A DNA stretch of 64,000 nt from Sphingomonas sp. (GCA_051955175.1 JBQCHA010000159.1:10791-74790); one strand, 5' to 3'. Counted from the stretch's first letter, positions 48,854-60,475 are shown. Notes: generated by a model from the letters alone, not told the origin. A program made the numbers and translations.

Positions 48854-49804
48854 ATGGCGCCCGACACGATGGGGCTGGTGGCGGATATCGGCCGCGTTTC
48901 GGTGCGGTTCGCGCTGAGCGGCGGTTCGGCAGGGCTGATGCCCCGCGAGGTGCAGACGCTGCATACCGCCGATCACCCCACATTCACCTCGGCGCTGGGC
49001 GCCTATCTGACGCAGGTCGGCTGTGCCAACCGCGTGCTGCCGAGTGCGCTGGCGATCGCCGGGGCGGTGCGCGGCGACGTGGTCAACATGACCGGCAGCC
49101 GCTGGTATATCTCGCTGTCGGGCGTCGAGGCAGTGCTGCGCGCGCGCCCGCGGGCGCTCAACGAGTGCGCGGCGAACGCGCTGGCGCTGACGCAATTGTC
49201 GGCAGGCGCGTTCCTGGCGCTGCCCGGGCCGCCGCCCAAGGCGGTGCGGCCGGGCGGCACTTTCGTGGTGATTGGCCCCGGCACCGGGCTGGGCGTCGCC
49301 GCGCTGGTGACCTGCGGCGATCGGCTGGTGCCGGTGCAAAGCGAGGGCGGGCACATGACGCTGGCCGCCGCCACGGAGGCGGAGGCGGCGATCGTCGCGC
49401 ACCTCGGTCGGCGCAATCTCTGCGCCAGTCGTGAAGCGCTGATCAGCGCGCCCGGGCTGGTCACCGCGTACGAGGCGCTGTCGGGCGGCCCCGCGCCGGC
49501 GCCGGAAGCGATCACCCGCGACGCCGCGCGCGATCCCAAGGCGACCGCCGCGCTGGCCGCGTTCATCGGCGCGCTGGGTTCGCTGATCGGCGACCTGGTG
49601 CTGGCGTTCGGGGCCTGGGACGGCGTGTTCCTGACCGGCGCGATCGCGCGGGCGCTGTACCAGAGGCTGGGCGACCCGGTGCTGCGCCAGCGGATGACCG
49701 CCAAGGATGCCTTCGCCCGCCAGCTCGCCGAGGTGCCGATCGCGGTGGTCAATCGCAACGACCTGGAATTGCTGGGCGCCGCCGCGGCGCTCGCCGCCGG
49801 CTGA
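48854..49804 (+). CDS. Glucokinase-family protein with divergent catalytic motifs
   Basis: ADIG, AIAGAV, GPGTGLG and SEGGH are present; DIGGT is replaced by DIGRV and NDF by NEC. Confidence 0.8.
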   Translation: MAPDTMGLVADIGRVSVRFALSGGSAGLMPREVQTLHTADHPTFTSALGAYLTQVGCANRVLPSALAIAGAVRGDVVNMTGSRWYISLSGVEAVLRARPRALNECAANALALTQLSAGAFLALPGPPPKAVRPGGTFVVIGPGTGLGVAALVTCGDRLVPVQSEGGHMTLAAATEAEAAIVAHLGRRNLCASREALISAPGLVTAYEALSGGPAPAPEAITRDAARDPKATAALAAFIGALGSLIGDLVLAFGAWDGVFLTGAIARALYQRLGDPVLRQRMTAKDAFARQLAEVPIAVVNRNDLELLGAAAALAAG

Positions 49805-49864
49805 CGGATACCGAAACGCCGACGCTCGTTGAGTGGCCAATTGCCGCAACGAGGAGATGCCACG

Positions 49865-50329
49865 ATGGCCGACGATATCCGCAAGACGATGTGGAAGGCA
49901 CTGGCCGACAGCCCGTTCCTGATGATCGGCCTGACCGACACCGACGAGCATCGCCAACCGATGACCGCGCAGCTCGACAAGCATGCCGACAGCGAATTCT
50001 GGTTCTACACCAACAAGCAGAACCGGCTGGCGACGGGCGGCCCGGCGATGGCCGAATTTTCCAGCAAGGGGGATGACTTGTTCGCCTGCATCAAGGGCCG
50101 GCTGGTCGAGGAAACCGACCCCGCGGTGGTCGACCGCTATTGGTCGAAGCAGGTCGCCGCCTGGTACGAAAAAGGGCGCGACGACCCCAATCTGCTGATG
50201 CTGCGCTTCGACCTCGACGATGCCGAAATCTGGGAAGCGGACCTGTCGATTAAGGGCATGTTCCGACTCGCGACCGGCCACCGCATCCGCGCGGAGGATG
50301 CCGGAGAGCATGCCGAGGTTTCGCTGTAA
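49865..50329 (+). CDS. General stress protein, pyridoxamine 5'-phosphate oxidase-like
   Basis: PMTAQ, FWFYT, WSKQVAAWYEKGRDDPNL; GAGGAG RBS. Confidence 0.85.
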   Translation: MADDIRKTMWKALADSPFLMIGLTDTDEHRQPMTAQLDKHADSEFWFYTNKQNRLATGGPAMAEFSSKGDDLFACIKGRLVEETDPAVVDRYWSKQVAAWYEKGRDDPNLLMLRFDLDDAEIWEADLSIKGMFRLATGHRIRAEDAGEHAEVSL

Positions 50330-50507
50330 CGCCGTGATCAAGGTGCGATCGGCGCCGTGCGGCCGTCGACGACCACCCGGGCAAAGGCTGGCGTCCGGTT
50401 GCCGCGCCGGCCGTTGGTCGCCAGCCTCTCGCGGAACTGTCTCCCCGGCGCCAGACCGACCGCACGCATCTTGACCGGCGCCACGCCGGGGGCGATGCGC
50501 TGAAGCC

Positions 50508-50879
50508 ATGGTGGGACCATCGCTTGCGCACCGCGTCCGGGTAGAGGCGCACGCCGTCTGGCTCGCGGCGCGCGACCCGGCGACGCCGTGGGCAGCGCGT
50601 ATCGTCGGGCTGCTGATCGCGGCGTACGCGCTGTCGCCGATCGACCTGATCCCCGACTTCATCCCGGTGCTGGGGCTGGTCGACGATGCCGTGCTGATCC
50701 CCGCCGGCGTCTGGCTGTTCGAGCGCCTGATCCCGCCCGCGCAGATGGCGCGCCACCGGGCGGCGGCGGAGGCGGCGTCGCAGCGGCCGGTGAGCTGGGC
50801 CGGTCTGCTGATCGTCGCCGCGCTGTGGATCGTCGCGATCGTGGCCGCGTGGAGCTTCGTGCGGTGGATCTGGGATTAA
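50508..50879 (+). CDS. YkvA / DUF1232 family membrane protein
   Basis: YALSPIDLIPDFIPVLGLVDD signature. Confidence 0.9.
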   Translation: MVGPSLAHRVRVEAHAVWLAARDPATPWAARIVGLLIAAYALSPIDLIPDFIPVLGLVDDAVLIPAGVWLFERLIPPAQMARHRAAAEAASQRPVSWAGLLIVAALWIVAIVAAWSFVRWIWD

Positions 50880-51004
50880 AGGACTCGTGGGCCCTACAGC
50901 TTACCCTCGCCCAATCCCTGAGCCCCTTGAAGAAGCGCAGGCGCTGTTCTTTCGGCTATCGTAGGGAGGTGGGTCGAGCCGGAAGGTAAGAGGTGCGCCG
51001 AATA

Positions 51005-51072
51005 CCTGGCGAAGGGGCCGGGTCCAGCAACGATCCGCGCGCACCTCGACTCCGGCCTTGGCCGGGGTGGTG
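51005..51072. repeat. Degenerate second copy of the REP-like element at 625-696
   Basis: Shares GGCGAAGG, AGCAACGATCCGC and CCGGCCTT.GCCGGGGTGGT with the first copy. Confidence 0.65.
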
Positions 51073-51112
51073 CTGAGAAACAGTGGGTGCGTGGAGACGC
51101 CGGCCGACCCGC

Positions 51113-52360
51113 TCAGGCCGCTTTCTTCGCCGCCGCCTGCTTGCCGTCGAAGCGGGTGATCCAGTCTTCCAGCACCGGCGCCGTCCGCGTGCGCCATTTC
51201 GAGCCGTTGAAGATGCCGTAATGGCCTGATCCTGCGGCCATGTAATAATGCTTCATCGCCGCTGGCAGGTTGGGCGTCAGCTTCAGTGCCGCCTTGGTCT
51301 GGCCGAGCCCGGAGATGTCGTCGCGCTCGCCCTCGATCGCCAGGATGGCAACGTCGGTGATCGCGCCGAGATCGACGCGCGTGCCGTGGTGCGTCATCTC
51401 GCCCTTGGGCAGCGCGTGGCTCTGGAATACCAGGTCGATCGTCTGCAGGTAGAATTCGGCGGTCATGTCGCAGACCGAGCGATATTCGTCGTAAAATTCC
51501 TTGGTCGCCTCGGCGCTGTCCTCGTCGCCGCGCACGAGATGCTTGAACATCTCCCAATGCGACATGAGGTGGTTGCCGAGGTTCATCGACATGAAGCCGG
51601 CGAGTTGCAGGAAGCCGGGATAGACCTGCCGCCCCGCGCCGGGATAGGTCATCGGCACGGTGGCAATGACGTTCTGTTCGAACCAGGCGTGCGGCCGCTC
51701 GGTGGCGAGCAGATTGACCGCGGTCGGCGCCTCGCGCGTGTCGATCGGGCCGCCCATCATCGTCAGCGTCTTCGGCCGTGCGGGGTTCTTGTCGGCGCTC
51801 ATCACCGCCGCCGCGGCGAGGCACGGCACCGACGGCTGGCACACCGCCAGCATGTGCGTGCCCGGCCCGATCTTCTCCAGATAGGCGATGACGTAGTCGA
51901 TATAATCGTCGAGATCGAAGCTGCCCTCGCTCATCGGCACCAGCTTCGCGTCGCGCCAGTCGGTGATGTAGACCTCGGCGAACGGCAGCATGCGCTCGAC
52001 GGTGCCGCGCAGCAGCGTGGCGTAATGGCCCGACATCGGCGCGACGATCAGCAGCTTCGGCCCGCCCTCGACGCCATCGCGAACGAAGCGCTTGAGCTGA
52101 CCGAACGGCTTGCGCAGCACCACCTCCTCGTGGACGGGGACCAGCTTGCCGCCGATTTCGGTGCGGTCGAGGTCGAACGCCGGCTTGCCGCGCGGCGTAG
52201 CGGCATGGGCGAACACCTCCAGCGCGGAGGCGAGCACCGGGCCGCCACCGAAATAAGCGAAGGGGTTGGCCGGATTGCTGAGCAGACCCGCGCTGAAATT
52301 GGCCATCGCGCTGGCCCCGGCCAGCCACGAGCGCTGCATTTCATAAGCATCGTAGAGCAT
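51113..52360 (-). CDS. phaZ: Intracellular polyhydroxyalkanoate depolymerase
   Basis: APMSGHYATLLR, AVCQPSVP, MGGPID, EGERDDI, GHYGIF. Confidence 0.93.
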   Translation of the reverse strand: MLYDAYEMQRSWLAGASAMANFSAGLLSNPANPFAYFGGGPVLASALEVFAHAATPRGKPAFDLDRTEIGGKLVPVHEEVVLRKPFGQLKRFVRDGVEGGPKLLIVAPMSGHYATLLRGTVERMLPFAEVYITDWRDAKLVPMSEGSFDLDDYIDYVIAYLEKIGPGTHMLAVCQPSVPCLAAAAVMSADKNPARPKTLTMMGGPIDTREAPTAVNLLATERPHAWFEQNVIATVPMTYPGAGRQVYPGFLQLAGFMSMNLGNHLMSHWEMFKHLVRGDEDSAEATKEFYDEYRSVCDMTAEFYLQTIDLVFQSHALPKGEMTHHGTRVDLGAITDVAILAIEGERDDISGLGQTKAALKLTPNLPAAMKHYYMAAGSGHYGIFNGSKWRTRTAPVLEDWITRFDGKQAAAKKAA

Positions 52361-52454
52361 ACTCAACCTTCTAAACGACCCGCGTTAGTATTTTGTCACC
52401 GCTTACGCCTGCAATACCCCGCTGGCAATGCACGCTGCGGCGAAGTGAGAGCGC

Positions 52455-53696
52455 TCACACCAAGGGCATGGCCGCCCCCGGCGTCCGTACCATGACCTCT
52501 GGTGAGAGTGAATCGAGGTCGGGGACGCCGAGCTGCCCCAGCTCGTTCATCCCCTGCGACTTCAGCACGTCGAGCGCCTTGGCGACGCCATCGGCGCCCG
52601 CCGCGCATAACCCATAGAGAGTCGCTCGCCCGGTAAGCACGGCATCGGCGCCCAGCGCGACCGCTTTCAGCATGTCGGTGCCGTGGCGAACGCCGCCCGA
52701 CATGTAGAGCGCCTTGGCATCGCCGACGATCTCGCGCGCCCGCGGCAGGACGTCGAGCGCGGAGATCGCCCAGTCCATCTGCCGCCCGCCATGGCTGCCC
52801 AGGATGATGCCGTCGACGCCGCTGTCCATTGCCCGCTGGACGTCGGCCAGGTTTAGCACGCCCTTCAGAAAGAACGGCTTCTTCCAATGCTGTCGGATCT
52901 TCTCGACATTGTCCCACGACAGCGTGCGCGGCATCTGCTCGCGAATCCAGGACGCGCTTTCGAAGAAGCCGCGCTTTTCCTTTGGTACGAAGTCGATGAC
53001 GTTGGCGAACTGGGGCATGCCGTGCGACAGCGTGGTCGCGAACCAGCGCGGATGCAGCGCCGCATCGAGCGCGGTGGACAGCGTCGGGCGGGTGCCATGG
53101 ATGCGTGTGCGGCTGTCCCATTCGCGATCGCCGAAAATCTGCGAATTGGTGGTCAGTACCAGCGCCTCGCAGCCGCAGGCGTCGGCGCGGCGCAGCAGTT
53201 CCTGCCAGATCTCCTCGCCACCGAAGACATAGAGCTGCCACCAGTGGCGCAGGCCCTCCACCTTGGCGACTTCCGCCATCGGATCGTTGGACATGGTCGA
53301 CTGGCAGAACGGCACGCCGGCACGTGCGGCGCCTTCAGCCAGCGCGGTGTCGGCATGGCGCATGAACAGGCCGTTGAGCCCGGTGGGCGCCACCACCACC
53401 GGCATTGCCGCCTCCTTGCCCAGAATCTTGCGGCGCATCGACCGGTGCGATTCATCGACCAGCGTGCGCGGCTGATAGCGCCATTCGGCGAACGCCTCGC
53501 GCTCGCGGTACAGCGTCGCCTCCTCGCCGGCGCCGCCTTCGAGATATTCCAGCACGAAGCGCGGCATCAGCTTGTGGGTCCGCGCGCGCAGGTCGCTGAT
53601 CGCCTGGACGCGGTCGAGGTTGCTGCCGGTGTAGTAACGGCGTCGCGGCGACCGGTTGAGCTGGGCGATACTTCGCGCTGGCTTGGCTTCGAACAT
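52455..53696 (-). CDS. FMN-dependent alpha-hydroxy acid oxidase/dehydrogenase (LldD-like)
   Basis: YLEGGAGEE, APTG, WQLY, SHGGRQMD, GGVRHGTD..KA.ALGA. Confidence 0.9.
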   Translation of the reverse strand: MFEAKPARSIAQLNRSPRRRYYTGSNLDRVQAISDLRARTHKLMPRFVLEYLEGGAGEEATLYREREAFAEWRYQPRTLVDESHRSMRRKILGKEAAMPVVVAPTGLNGLFMRHADTALAEGAARAGVPFCQSTMSNDPMAEVAKVEGLRHWWQLYVFGGEEIWQELLRRADACGCEALVLTTNSQIFGDREWDSRTRIHGTRPTLSTALDAALHPRWFATTLSHGMPQFANVIDFVPKEKRGFFESASWIREQMPRTLSWDNVEKIRQHWKKPFFLKGVLNLADVQRAMDSGVDGIILGSHGGRQMDWAISALDVLPRAREIVGDAKALYMSGGVRHGTDMLKAVALGADAVLTGRATLYGLCAAGADGVAKALDVLKSQGMNELGQLGVPDLDSLSPEVMVRTPGAAMPLV

Positions 53697-53805
53697 TGGT
53701 CTGGGGGCTTCCCGGGCTCCTTGTCTGTCGACGAGGAAAGCGCGCGGTGGGCTCGCCCGGTTCCATTACCCCGGCCGGCCTAGCCCGGCGGGCGGACCGC
53801 CCCGC

Positions 53806-54645
53806 TCAGCCGTTGCGCAGCCGCGCCGCATGCCAGGCGACGTGATCGGCCATGAAGGTCGAGATAAAATAATAGCTGTGATCGTATCCCGGCTGGCGGC
53901 GCAGCGTCAGCGCGATACCGGCGTCGCTGCAGGCGCGTTCGAGCAGTTCCGGCCGCAATTGCTCCGCCAGGAAAGCATCGGCCTCGCCCTGGTCGACCAG
54001 GATCGCCGGCACGCGTGCGCCATCCTCGATCAGCGCGCAGGCATCGTAGGGCCGCCACGCCGCGCGATCGTCGCCGAGATAGCCGGCGAACGCCTTCTCG
54101 CCCCACGGCACCTGCATCGGCGCGACGATCGGGGCGAAGGCGGAGACCGAGCGGAAGCGGTCGGGATTGCGCAACGCCACCGTCAGCGCTCCGTGGCCGC
54201 CCATCGAATGGCCGGTGATCGCCTGACGCGCCATGTCGACGGGGAAGTTGTCGGCGATCAGCGCGGGCAGTTCCTGCTCGATATAGCGCCGCATTCGGAA
54301 ATGCGTCGCCCAAGGCGCTTGCGTCGCATCGAGATAGAATCCCGCGCCCTGGCCGAAGTCATAGCCCTCAGCATCGGGTACGCCCGGCCCGCGCGGGCTC
54401 GTGTCGGGCGCGACGAAGATGATGCCATGCTCGGCGCAGGCGGCGCGATACTCGCCCTTCTCGGTGACGTTGGCGTGCGTGCAGGTCAGGCCGGACAGAC
54501 ACCACAGCAACGGCAGCGTCGCGCCCGGCCGATGATCGGGCACGAACACCGAGAAGGTCATCCCGGTGCCTGTTGCCGCGGAGGCGTGGCGGTAGACGCC
54601 CTGCACACCGCCATGGCTGCGGTTGGTCGAAACGGTTTCGATCAT
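53806..54645 (-). CDS. fghA: S-formylglutathione hydrolase
   Basis: LSGLTC, PDTSPRG, GHSMGGHGAL, GYDHSYYF. Confidence 0.95.
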   Translation of the reverse strand: MIETVSTNRSHGGVQGVYRHASAATGTGMTFSVFVPDHRPGATLPLLWCLSGLTCTHANVTEKGEYRAACAEHGIIFVAPDTSPRGPGVPDAEGYDFGQGAGFYLDATQAPWATHFRMRRYIEQELPALIADNFPVDMARQAITGHSMGGHGALTVALRNPDRFRSVSAFAPIVAPMQVPWGEKAFAGYLGDDRAAWRPYDACALIEDGARVPAILVDQGEADAFLAEQLRPELLERACSDAGIALTLRRQPGYDHSYYFISTFMADHVAWHAARLRNG

Positions 54646-54648
54646 GGG

Positions 54649-55032
54649 TCAGCTGATCCGGTGAAAGCCGCACAGCTTGTTGCCGGCGGGGTCGCGCAGA
54701 TAGGCGAGGTAGACGACGCGGCCCTCGGTGGCGTGGCGGATGCCGGGCGGGTCCTCGGCGCTGGTGCCGCCGTTGGCGACGCCCGCGGCGTGCCACGCAT
54801 CGACCTGCTCCGGAGAGCTCGCCAGGAATCCCAACGTGTGGCCGTTGCCGGCGGCGGTGGGCTCGCCGTTGACCGGGCGGGTGATCACCAGCCGGCCGCC
54901 GTGGTGATTGTAGATGATCCGCCCGCGCTCATCGATGCGGCCGGCGGGCGCGCCCAACACGCCGAGCACGGCATCGTAGAAGCGCCGTGCCGCCCCGATA
55001 TCATCGGCGCCCAGGACGACATGGCTGAACAC
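54649..55032 (-). CDS. VOC family protein
   Basis: FSHVVLG...FYDAVL...GNG...YLAYLRDPAGNKLC. Confidence 0.88.
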   Translation of the reverse strand: MFSHVVLGADDIGAARRFYDAVLGVLGAPAGRIDERGRIIYNHHGGRLVITRPVNGEPTAAGNGHTLGFLASSPEQVDAWHAAGVANGGTSAEDPPGIRHATEGRVVYLAYLRDPAGNKLCGFHRIS

Positions 55033-55047
55033 GATCGCCCCTCCCCC

Positions 55048-56157
55048 TCAGTAGACCACGACGGAGCGGATGCTCTCGCCGGCGTGCATCAGGTCGAAGC
55101 CCTTGTTGATCTCGTCGAGCGTCAGGCGGTGGGTGATCATCGGGTCGATCGCGATCTTGCCCGACATGTACCAGTCGACGATTTTCGGCACGTCGGTCCG
55201 CCCGCGCGCGCCGCCGAACGCCGAACCCTTCCATACGCGCCCGGTGACCAGCTGGAACGGCCGGGTGCTGATCTCCTTGCCCGCTTCCGCGACGCCGATG
55301 ATGATCGATTCGCCCCAGCCGCGGTGGCACGCCTCCAGCGCCGTGCGCATCACGTCGGTGTTGCCGGTGCAGTCGAACGTATAGTCCGCGCCGCCGTCGG
55401 TCAGCGCGACGAGATGCTGGACGAGGTCGCCCTCGACCGTCGCCGGATTGACGAAATGGGTCATGCCGAAGCGGCGGCCCCATTCGGCCTTGTCGTCGTT
55501 GATGTCGACGCCGACGATCCTGTCGGCGCCGACCATCTTCAGCCCCTGGATGACGTTGAGGCCGATGCCGCCCAGCCCGAACACGATGCAGTTCGATCCC
55601 GGCTCGACCTTTGCGGTGTTGACCACGGCGCCGACGCCGGTGGTGACGCCGCAGCCGATGTAGCAGCTCGTCTCGAACGGCGCGTCGTCGCGGATCTTGG
55701 CGACCGCGATTTCCGGCATCACGGTGAAGTTGGAGAAGGTGGAGCAGCCCATGTAGTGATAGATCGGCTGCCCATTGTAGCTGAACCGCGTCGTGCCGTC
55801 GGGCATCACGCCCCTGCCCTGCGTCGCGCGGATCGCGGTGCACAGGTTGGTCTTCTGGCTGAGGCACGATTTACACTGGCGGCATTCGGGCGTGTAGAGC
55901 GGGATGACGTGATCGCCCGGCTTCACGCTGGTCACCCCGGCGCCGACCTCGCGCACGATGCCGGCGCCCTCATGCCCGAGGATCGAGGGGAACAGCCCCT
56001 CGCTGTCGAGCCCGTCGAGCGTATAGGCGTCGGTGTGGCAGATGCCGGTCGCCATGATCTCGACCAGCACCTCGCCGGCCTTGGGCCCTTCGAGATCGAG
56101 CTCGACGATCTCCAGCGGCTGCTTGGCTTCGAACGCGACGGCGGCGCGGGTCTTCAT
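55048..56157 (-). CDS. frmA: S-(hydroxymethyl)glutathione dehydrogenase / class III alcohol dehydrogenase
   Basis: GICHTD, GHEGAG, C-x2-C-x2-C-x7-C zinc site, [13 protein letters not shown]. Confidence 0.96.
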   Translation of the reverse strand: MKTRAAVAFEAKQPLEIVELDLEGPKAGEVLVEIMATGICHTDAYTLDGLDSEGLFPSILGHEGAGIVREVGAGVTSVKPGDHVIPLYTPECRQCKSCLSQKTNLCTAIRATQGRGVMPDGTTRFSYNGQPIYHYMGCSTFSNFTVMPEIAVAKIRDDAPFETSCYIGCGVTTGVGAVVNTAKVEPGSNCIVFGLGGIGLNVIQGLKMVGADRIVGVDINDDKAEWGRRFGMTHFVNPATVEGDLVQHLVALTDGGADYTFDCTGNTDVMRTALEACHRGWGESIIIGVAEAGKEISTRPFQLVTGRVWKGSAFGGARGRTDVPKIVDWYMSGKIAIDPMITHRLTLDEINKGFDLMHAGESIRSVVVY

Positions 56158-56336
56158 AAGCTACTCCTGGGGTCTGCGATGCGCGCCTACATGGCGCGGC
56201 GCCCCCCCGGCGCGCAAGGACGCGATGTATCCGCAAAGGTGCGGGGCGTGACAAAGCGCGGCTGCCGTCGCAAAAGCGCGGTTCCCGCAGCCTGGTGCCG
56301 ATTCGCGCCAGTGTTGCGGCCTGAAAGGAGACAGAA

Positions 56337-56711
56337 ATGGCCGATGCACCCAAGACCGGCGGTATTCACGCCCCCGTTCAGCCCTCGCCCGAGCTCGCCG
56401 CAATCGTCGGAAACGACAAGCTGCCGCGCAGCCAGGTGATCAGCAAGGTGTGGGACCACATCAAGGCGAACAACCTGCAGAACCCCGAGAACAAGCGCGA
56501 GATCATCGCCGACGACAAGCTGCAGAAGGTGTTCGGCAAGGATCGCGTGTCGATGTTCGAGATGAACAAGCACATCTCGAAGCACGTCAAGGCCTCACCG
56601 CGGATATCCGTCAGGCGAAGATGTCTTCCAGCGCCTGGCCCGAATGCCCATCCTTCCAGTTGCGCAGCTCGACATAGAGCGAGGTTTGCGTGGTGCTCCA
56701 GAAGGCGTTGA
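56337..56711 (+). CDS. SWIB/MDM2 domain protein (domain ends near 56594; apparent read-through tail)
   Basis: PSPELAAIVG...VWDHIKANNLQNPENKREIIADDKL...MFEMNKHISKH. Confidence 0.85.
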   Translation: MADAPKTGGIHAPVQPSPELAAIVGNDKLPRSQVISKVWDHIKANNLQNPENKREIIADDKLQKVFGKDRVSMFEMNKHISKHVKASPRISVRRRCLPAPGPNAHPSSCAARHRARFAWCSRRR

Positions 56712-57408
56712 TCAGCGTCGAGAGCACCGCATTGCCGATCAGCCAGCCGATCGGCAGGCCATGCTCGGCGAAGCCGCGAACTCCGTTGATCCCGAAGGTG
56801 GTGAAGACCAGCGCGCCGATCACGCCGGAGATCGCCCACCACATCAGGACGACGATCAGTTCGACTCCGAGCACCTTCCAGCGCGCGCCCTTGGTGAGCT
56901 GGCGGCTGCGGCTGAAGGCGCCGAACACGCCGGTGCGCTCCGCGACCAGCGCGGGCGAGGCGACCGACCACATCACGTAGAGGATGATGCCGGGGATCAG
57001 GAACAGCATCAGTCCGAAACCGACCGCGATCCCCATCAGGATCGCCAACCCGACCAGCGGCAGCGCCGCCGACAGGCCGGCCGCGGCGCTTTCCCCGAAG
57101 CTCGCCTTGCGGCGCTCGGTATAGGCGACCGTCGCCTCGACCAGCGCGCCCTGCACCAGCGCCGCGAGCACGATGCCGACCAGCGCGGACACGAGCGTCA
57201 GCGCGCCATAGCCGAGCCTGGCATAATCGTTGACCAGCGCGCCGCGGATGCTCTGCATGTACCAGCCGAGCAGCACCGAGGGCAGCGCACCGAACACGAA
57301 CGCCACGCCGAACACCGTCGCCGGATTGCTCGTGATGACGGCGAACGCCCTGCTGAACACACGACTGACCGATACCACCTCGCCGGTGGCGGGAACTGCA
57401 CTTGCCAT
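56611..57408 (-). CDS. Multi-pass membrane protein (GDPD-membrane-domain-like), divergent from the MoxR operon
   Basis: LFLIPGI...W....P....E..G...A..RS..LTKG.RW and LY.ELR..KDG motifs; AGGAGG RBS. Confidence 0.8.
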   Translation of the reverse strand: MASAVPATGEVVSVSRVFSRAFAVITSNPATVFGVAFVFGALPSVLLGWYMQSIRGALVNDYARLGYGALTLVSALVGIVLAALVQGALVEATVAYTERRKASFGESAAAGLSAALPLVGLAILMGIAVGFGLMLFLIPGIILYVMWSVASPALVAERTGVFGAFSRSRQLTKGARWKVLGVELIVVLMWWAISGVIGALVFTTFGINGVRGFAEHGLPIGWLIGNAVLSTLINAFWSTTQTSLYVELRNWKDGHSGQALEDIFA

Positions 57409-57570
57409 GATCGCCCTCCTCGCTCCGCTCCCCATGCGGATCCGGGGAAAGACTGACGGCAAAACCGATGCTTGTCCAGCGGGTCGGCGGCGTCGGCTTT
57501 GCCTTGCGCTCGCCGCGGCATCGACTAGGCTGACGGTGCGCAGCACGGCTGCTTTGGGGGGGTATTCGAC

Positions 57571-58278
57571 GTGATCGCGGTGGCCATCGGCGAGGCGGGG
57601 AACGGCGACGCGCGCCTCGCGCGGGCCTGGCGTGCGCTGCACGACGACTCGACGGTGCAGATGCATCTGGCGAAGGCGCCGCCCGAGCCGAAGCCGCCTG
57701 GGTGGCTCACCACATTTGGCCATTGGGTGGCCGACGTGTTCCGCCCGATCGGACGCGCCATCGCCTGGATCACGCGCCACATGCCCGCGGCGCCCTACGC
57801 CCGCATCCTGCTGTGGAGCGTGCTGATCCTGGCCGCGGCGGGGCTCGCCTGGGCGATCGTCATCCGGTTGCGCACCGGCACCTGGCAATGGCCGCAGCGG
57901 CGGCGCCGCGCGGCGATCGCGACCGCTCCCCCCTCCCCTGACGACTGGACGCCCGAAGCGGGGCCTGCGCATGCCTGGCTTGCCGAGGCGGACGCGCTGG
58001 CGGCACGCGGCGCCTATGCCGAGGCGGCCCACCATCTGCTCCGCCGCAGCATTGAGGACATCGAGCGCCGCCGCCCGCGGCTCGTCCGCCCGGCGCTCAC
58101 CAGCCGCGACATCGCCGCCGCGCATACCATCCCGCCACGCGCGCGGACCATCTTCGCCGCGATCGCCGCGCTGGTCGAGCGCAGCCTGTTCGGCGGCCGC
58201 GCGGTCTCCGCCGACGATTGGGCCGTAGCGCGCGCCGCCTATGCCGACTTCGCGCTGGCCAAGGCCTGGGCGGCATGA
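57571..58278 (+). CDS. DUF4129-like membrane protein (start uncertain)
   Basis: One TM helix, EADALAARGAYAEA.H.L, ALTSRDI, VERSLFGGR. Confidence 0.75.
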   Translation: MIAVAIGEAGNGDARLARAWRALHDDSTVQMHLAKAPPEPKPPGWLTTFGHWVADVFRPIGRAIAWITRHMPAAPYARILLWSVLILAAAGLAWAIVIRLRTGTWQWPQRRRRAAIATAPPSPDDWTPEAGPAHAWLAEADALAARGAYAEAAHHLLRRSIEDIERRRPRLVRPALTSRDIAAAHTIPPRARTIFAAIAALVERSLFGGRAVSADDWAVARAAYADFALAKAWAA

Positions 58279-59518
58279 GCGACGTTCCGATTGGCAGGCG
58301 CAGCGACGCGGCGTTCCAGCCGCTCACCGTCGCGCTGATCCTGGTGATCGGCGTGCTCGGCTTCCTCGGCACGCTGGTGCTCGGCGCCTATGGCCCGGAC
58401 CTGCACGCGGGCCACGACAGCGGCGGCCACGCGCTGTCGAAGTCGGCGGTGGGCTTCGCCGGGTTGGTCCAACTGGCCCAGGCGACCGGGCATCCCGTCC
58501 ATATCGTGCGTGACCCGCATCAATGGGGCGACCGCTCGCTGCTGATCGCGACGCCGCCCAACGGCGTGGTCGATGTCAGCGGGCTGGGGTCGATGCGCCA
58601 GCCGACGCTGATCGTGCTGCCGAAATGGCAGACGGTCGACGATCGCGACCAGCCGGGCTGGGTCCGCATCGAGCGGCCGATCGACGCCGACGAGCCGGAG
58701 GGCGTACTCGCGCCCGCCGATAAGCTCGCCATCGCCCGGCTGGCGAGCGGCGGCCGACCGCTCGTCAGGGCCGACATCCTGCCGCCCGAGCTCCAGTTCG
58801 ACGCGCCGCAGCCGGTGCAGGTGATCACCAGCGCCAGGCTTGAAAAGCAGGTAATCGACGGCCGCGAGGAGGAGACCGAATTCTCGCCGCTGATCACCGA
58901 CGGCAACGGGCACACCGTGCTGGCCCGGATCGGCGCCGGGCCGCTCTACGTGCTGGCCGACCCCGATCTGCTCGACAATGCCGGGCTGAAAAGCCTCGCG
59001 CACGCCCGCGCCGCGATCGCGCTTATCGACTGGCTGGGCAGCAGCGCGAACACCCGGCGGGTCGATTTCGATGTCACGCTCAACGGCCTGGGCGCGACGC
59101 GCAACCCGCTGCAACTCGCCTTCCAGCCGCCGTTCCTGGCGATGACGCTGGCGATCGCGGCGGCGCTGCTGCTGCTCGGCGTGCACGCGCTCGCCCGGTT
59201 CGGGGCGCCGCGACCGCGCGAGCGAGCGATCGCGTTCGGCAAGGCGGCGCTGGTCGACAACACCGCGATGCTGGTGCGCAAGGCCGGCCGCGCGCATCGC
59301 CTCGGCGGGCGCTATGCCGCCGTGGTCCGTGACCGGGCAGTGCGCGCGTTCGGCGTGTCGCCCCGGCTTAAGGGCACGGCGATCGACGGCTATCTCGACG
59401 GGCTGGGCGGCGGAGCGCGCTTCACCGATCTCGCCGCCACGGCGGAAACCGCCGACGACGACCCGCATCTGCTCGCCGCGGCGCGGGCGCTTCACGATTG
59501 GCAACAGGAGAAACTGGG

Positions 59519-59522
<4 letters not shown>
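58275..59522 (+). CDS. DUF4350-like membrane-anchored protein
   Basis: N-terminal [24 protein letters not shown]-terminal TM then RFG; ATGA overlap. Confidence 0.72.

Positions 59523-60471
<949 letters not shown>

Positions 60472-60475
<4 letters not shown>

Noticed and set aside
49806-49830. EcfG promoters for the general stress protein and for DUF2934 (about 63712-63736)
   Set aside because: CGTT is correctly placed but the -35 boxes (GGATA, GGGCC) deviate from GGAAC; plausible but not supportable
48260-50662. 800-aa minus-strand ORF
   Set aside because: Overlaps four better-supported genes and has no domain signature
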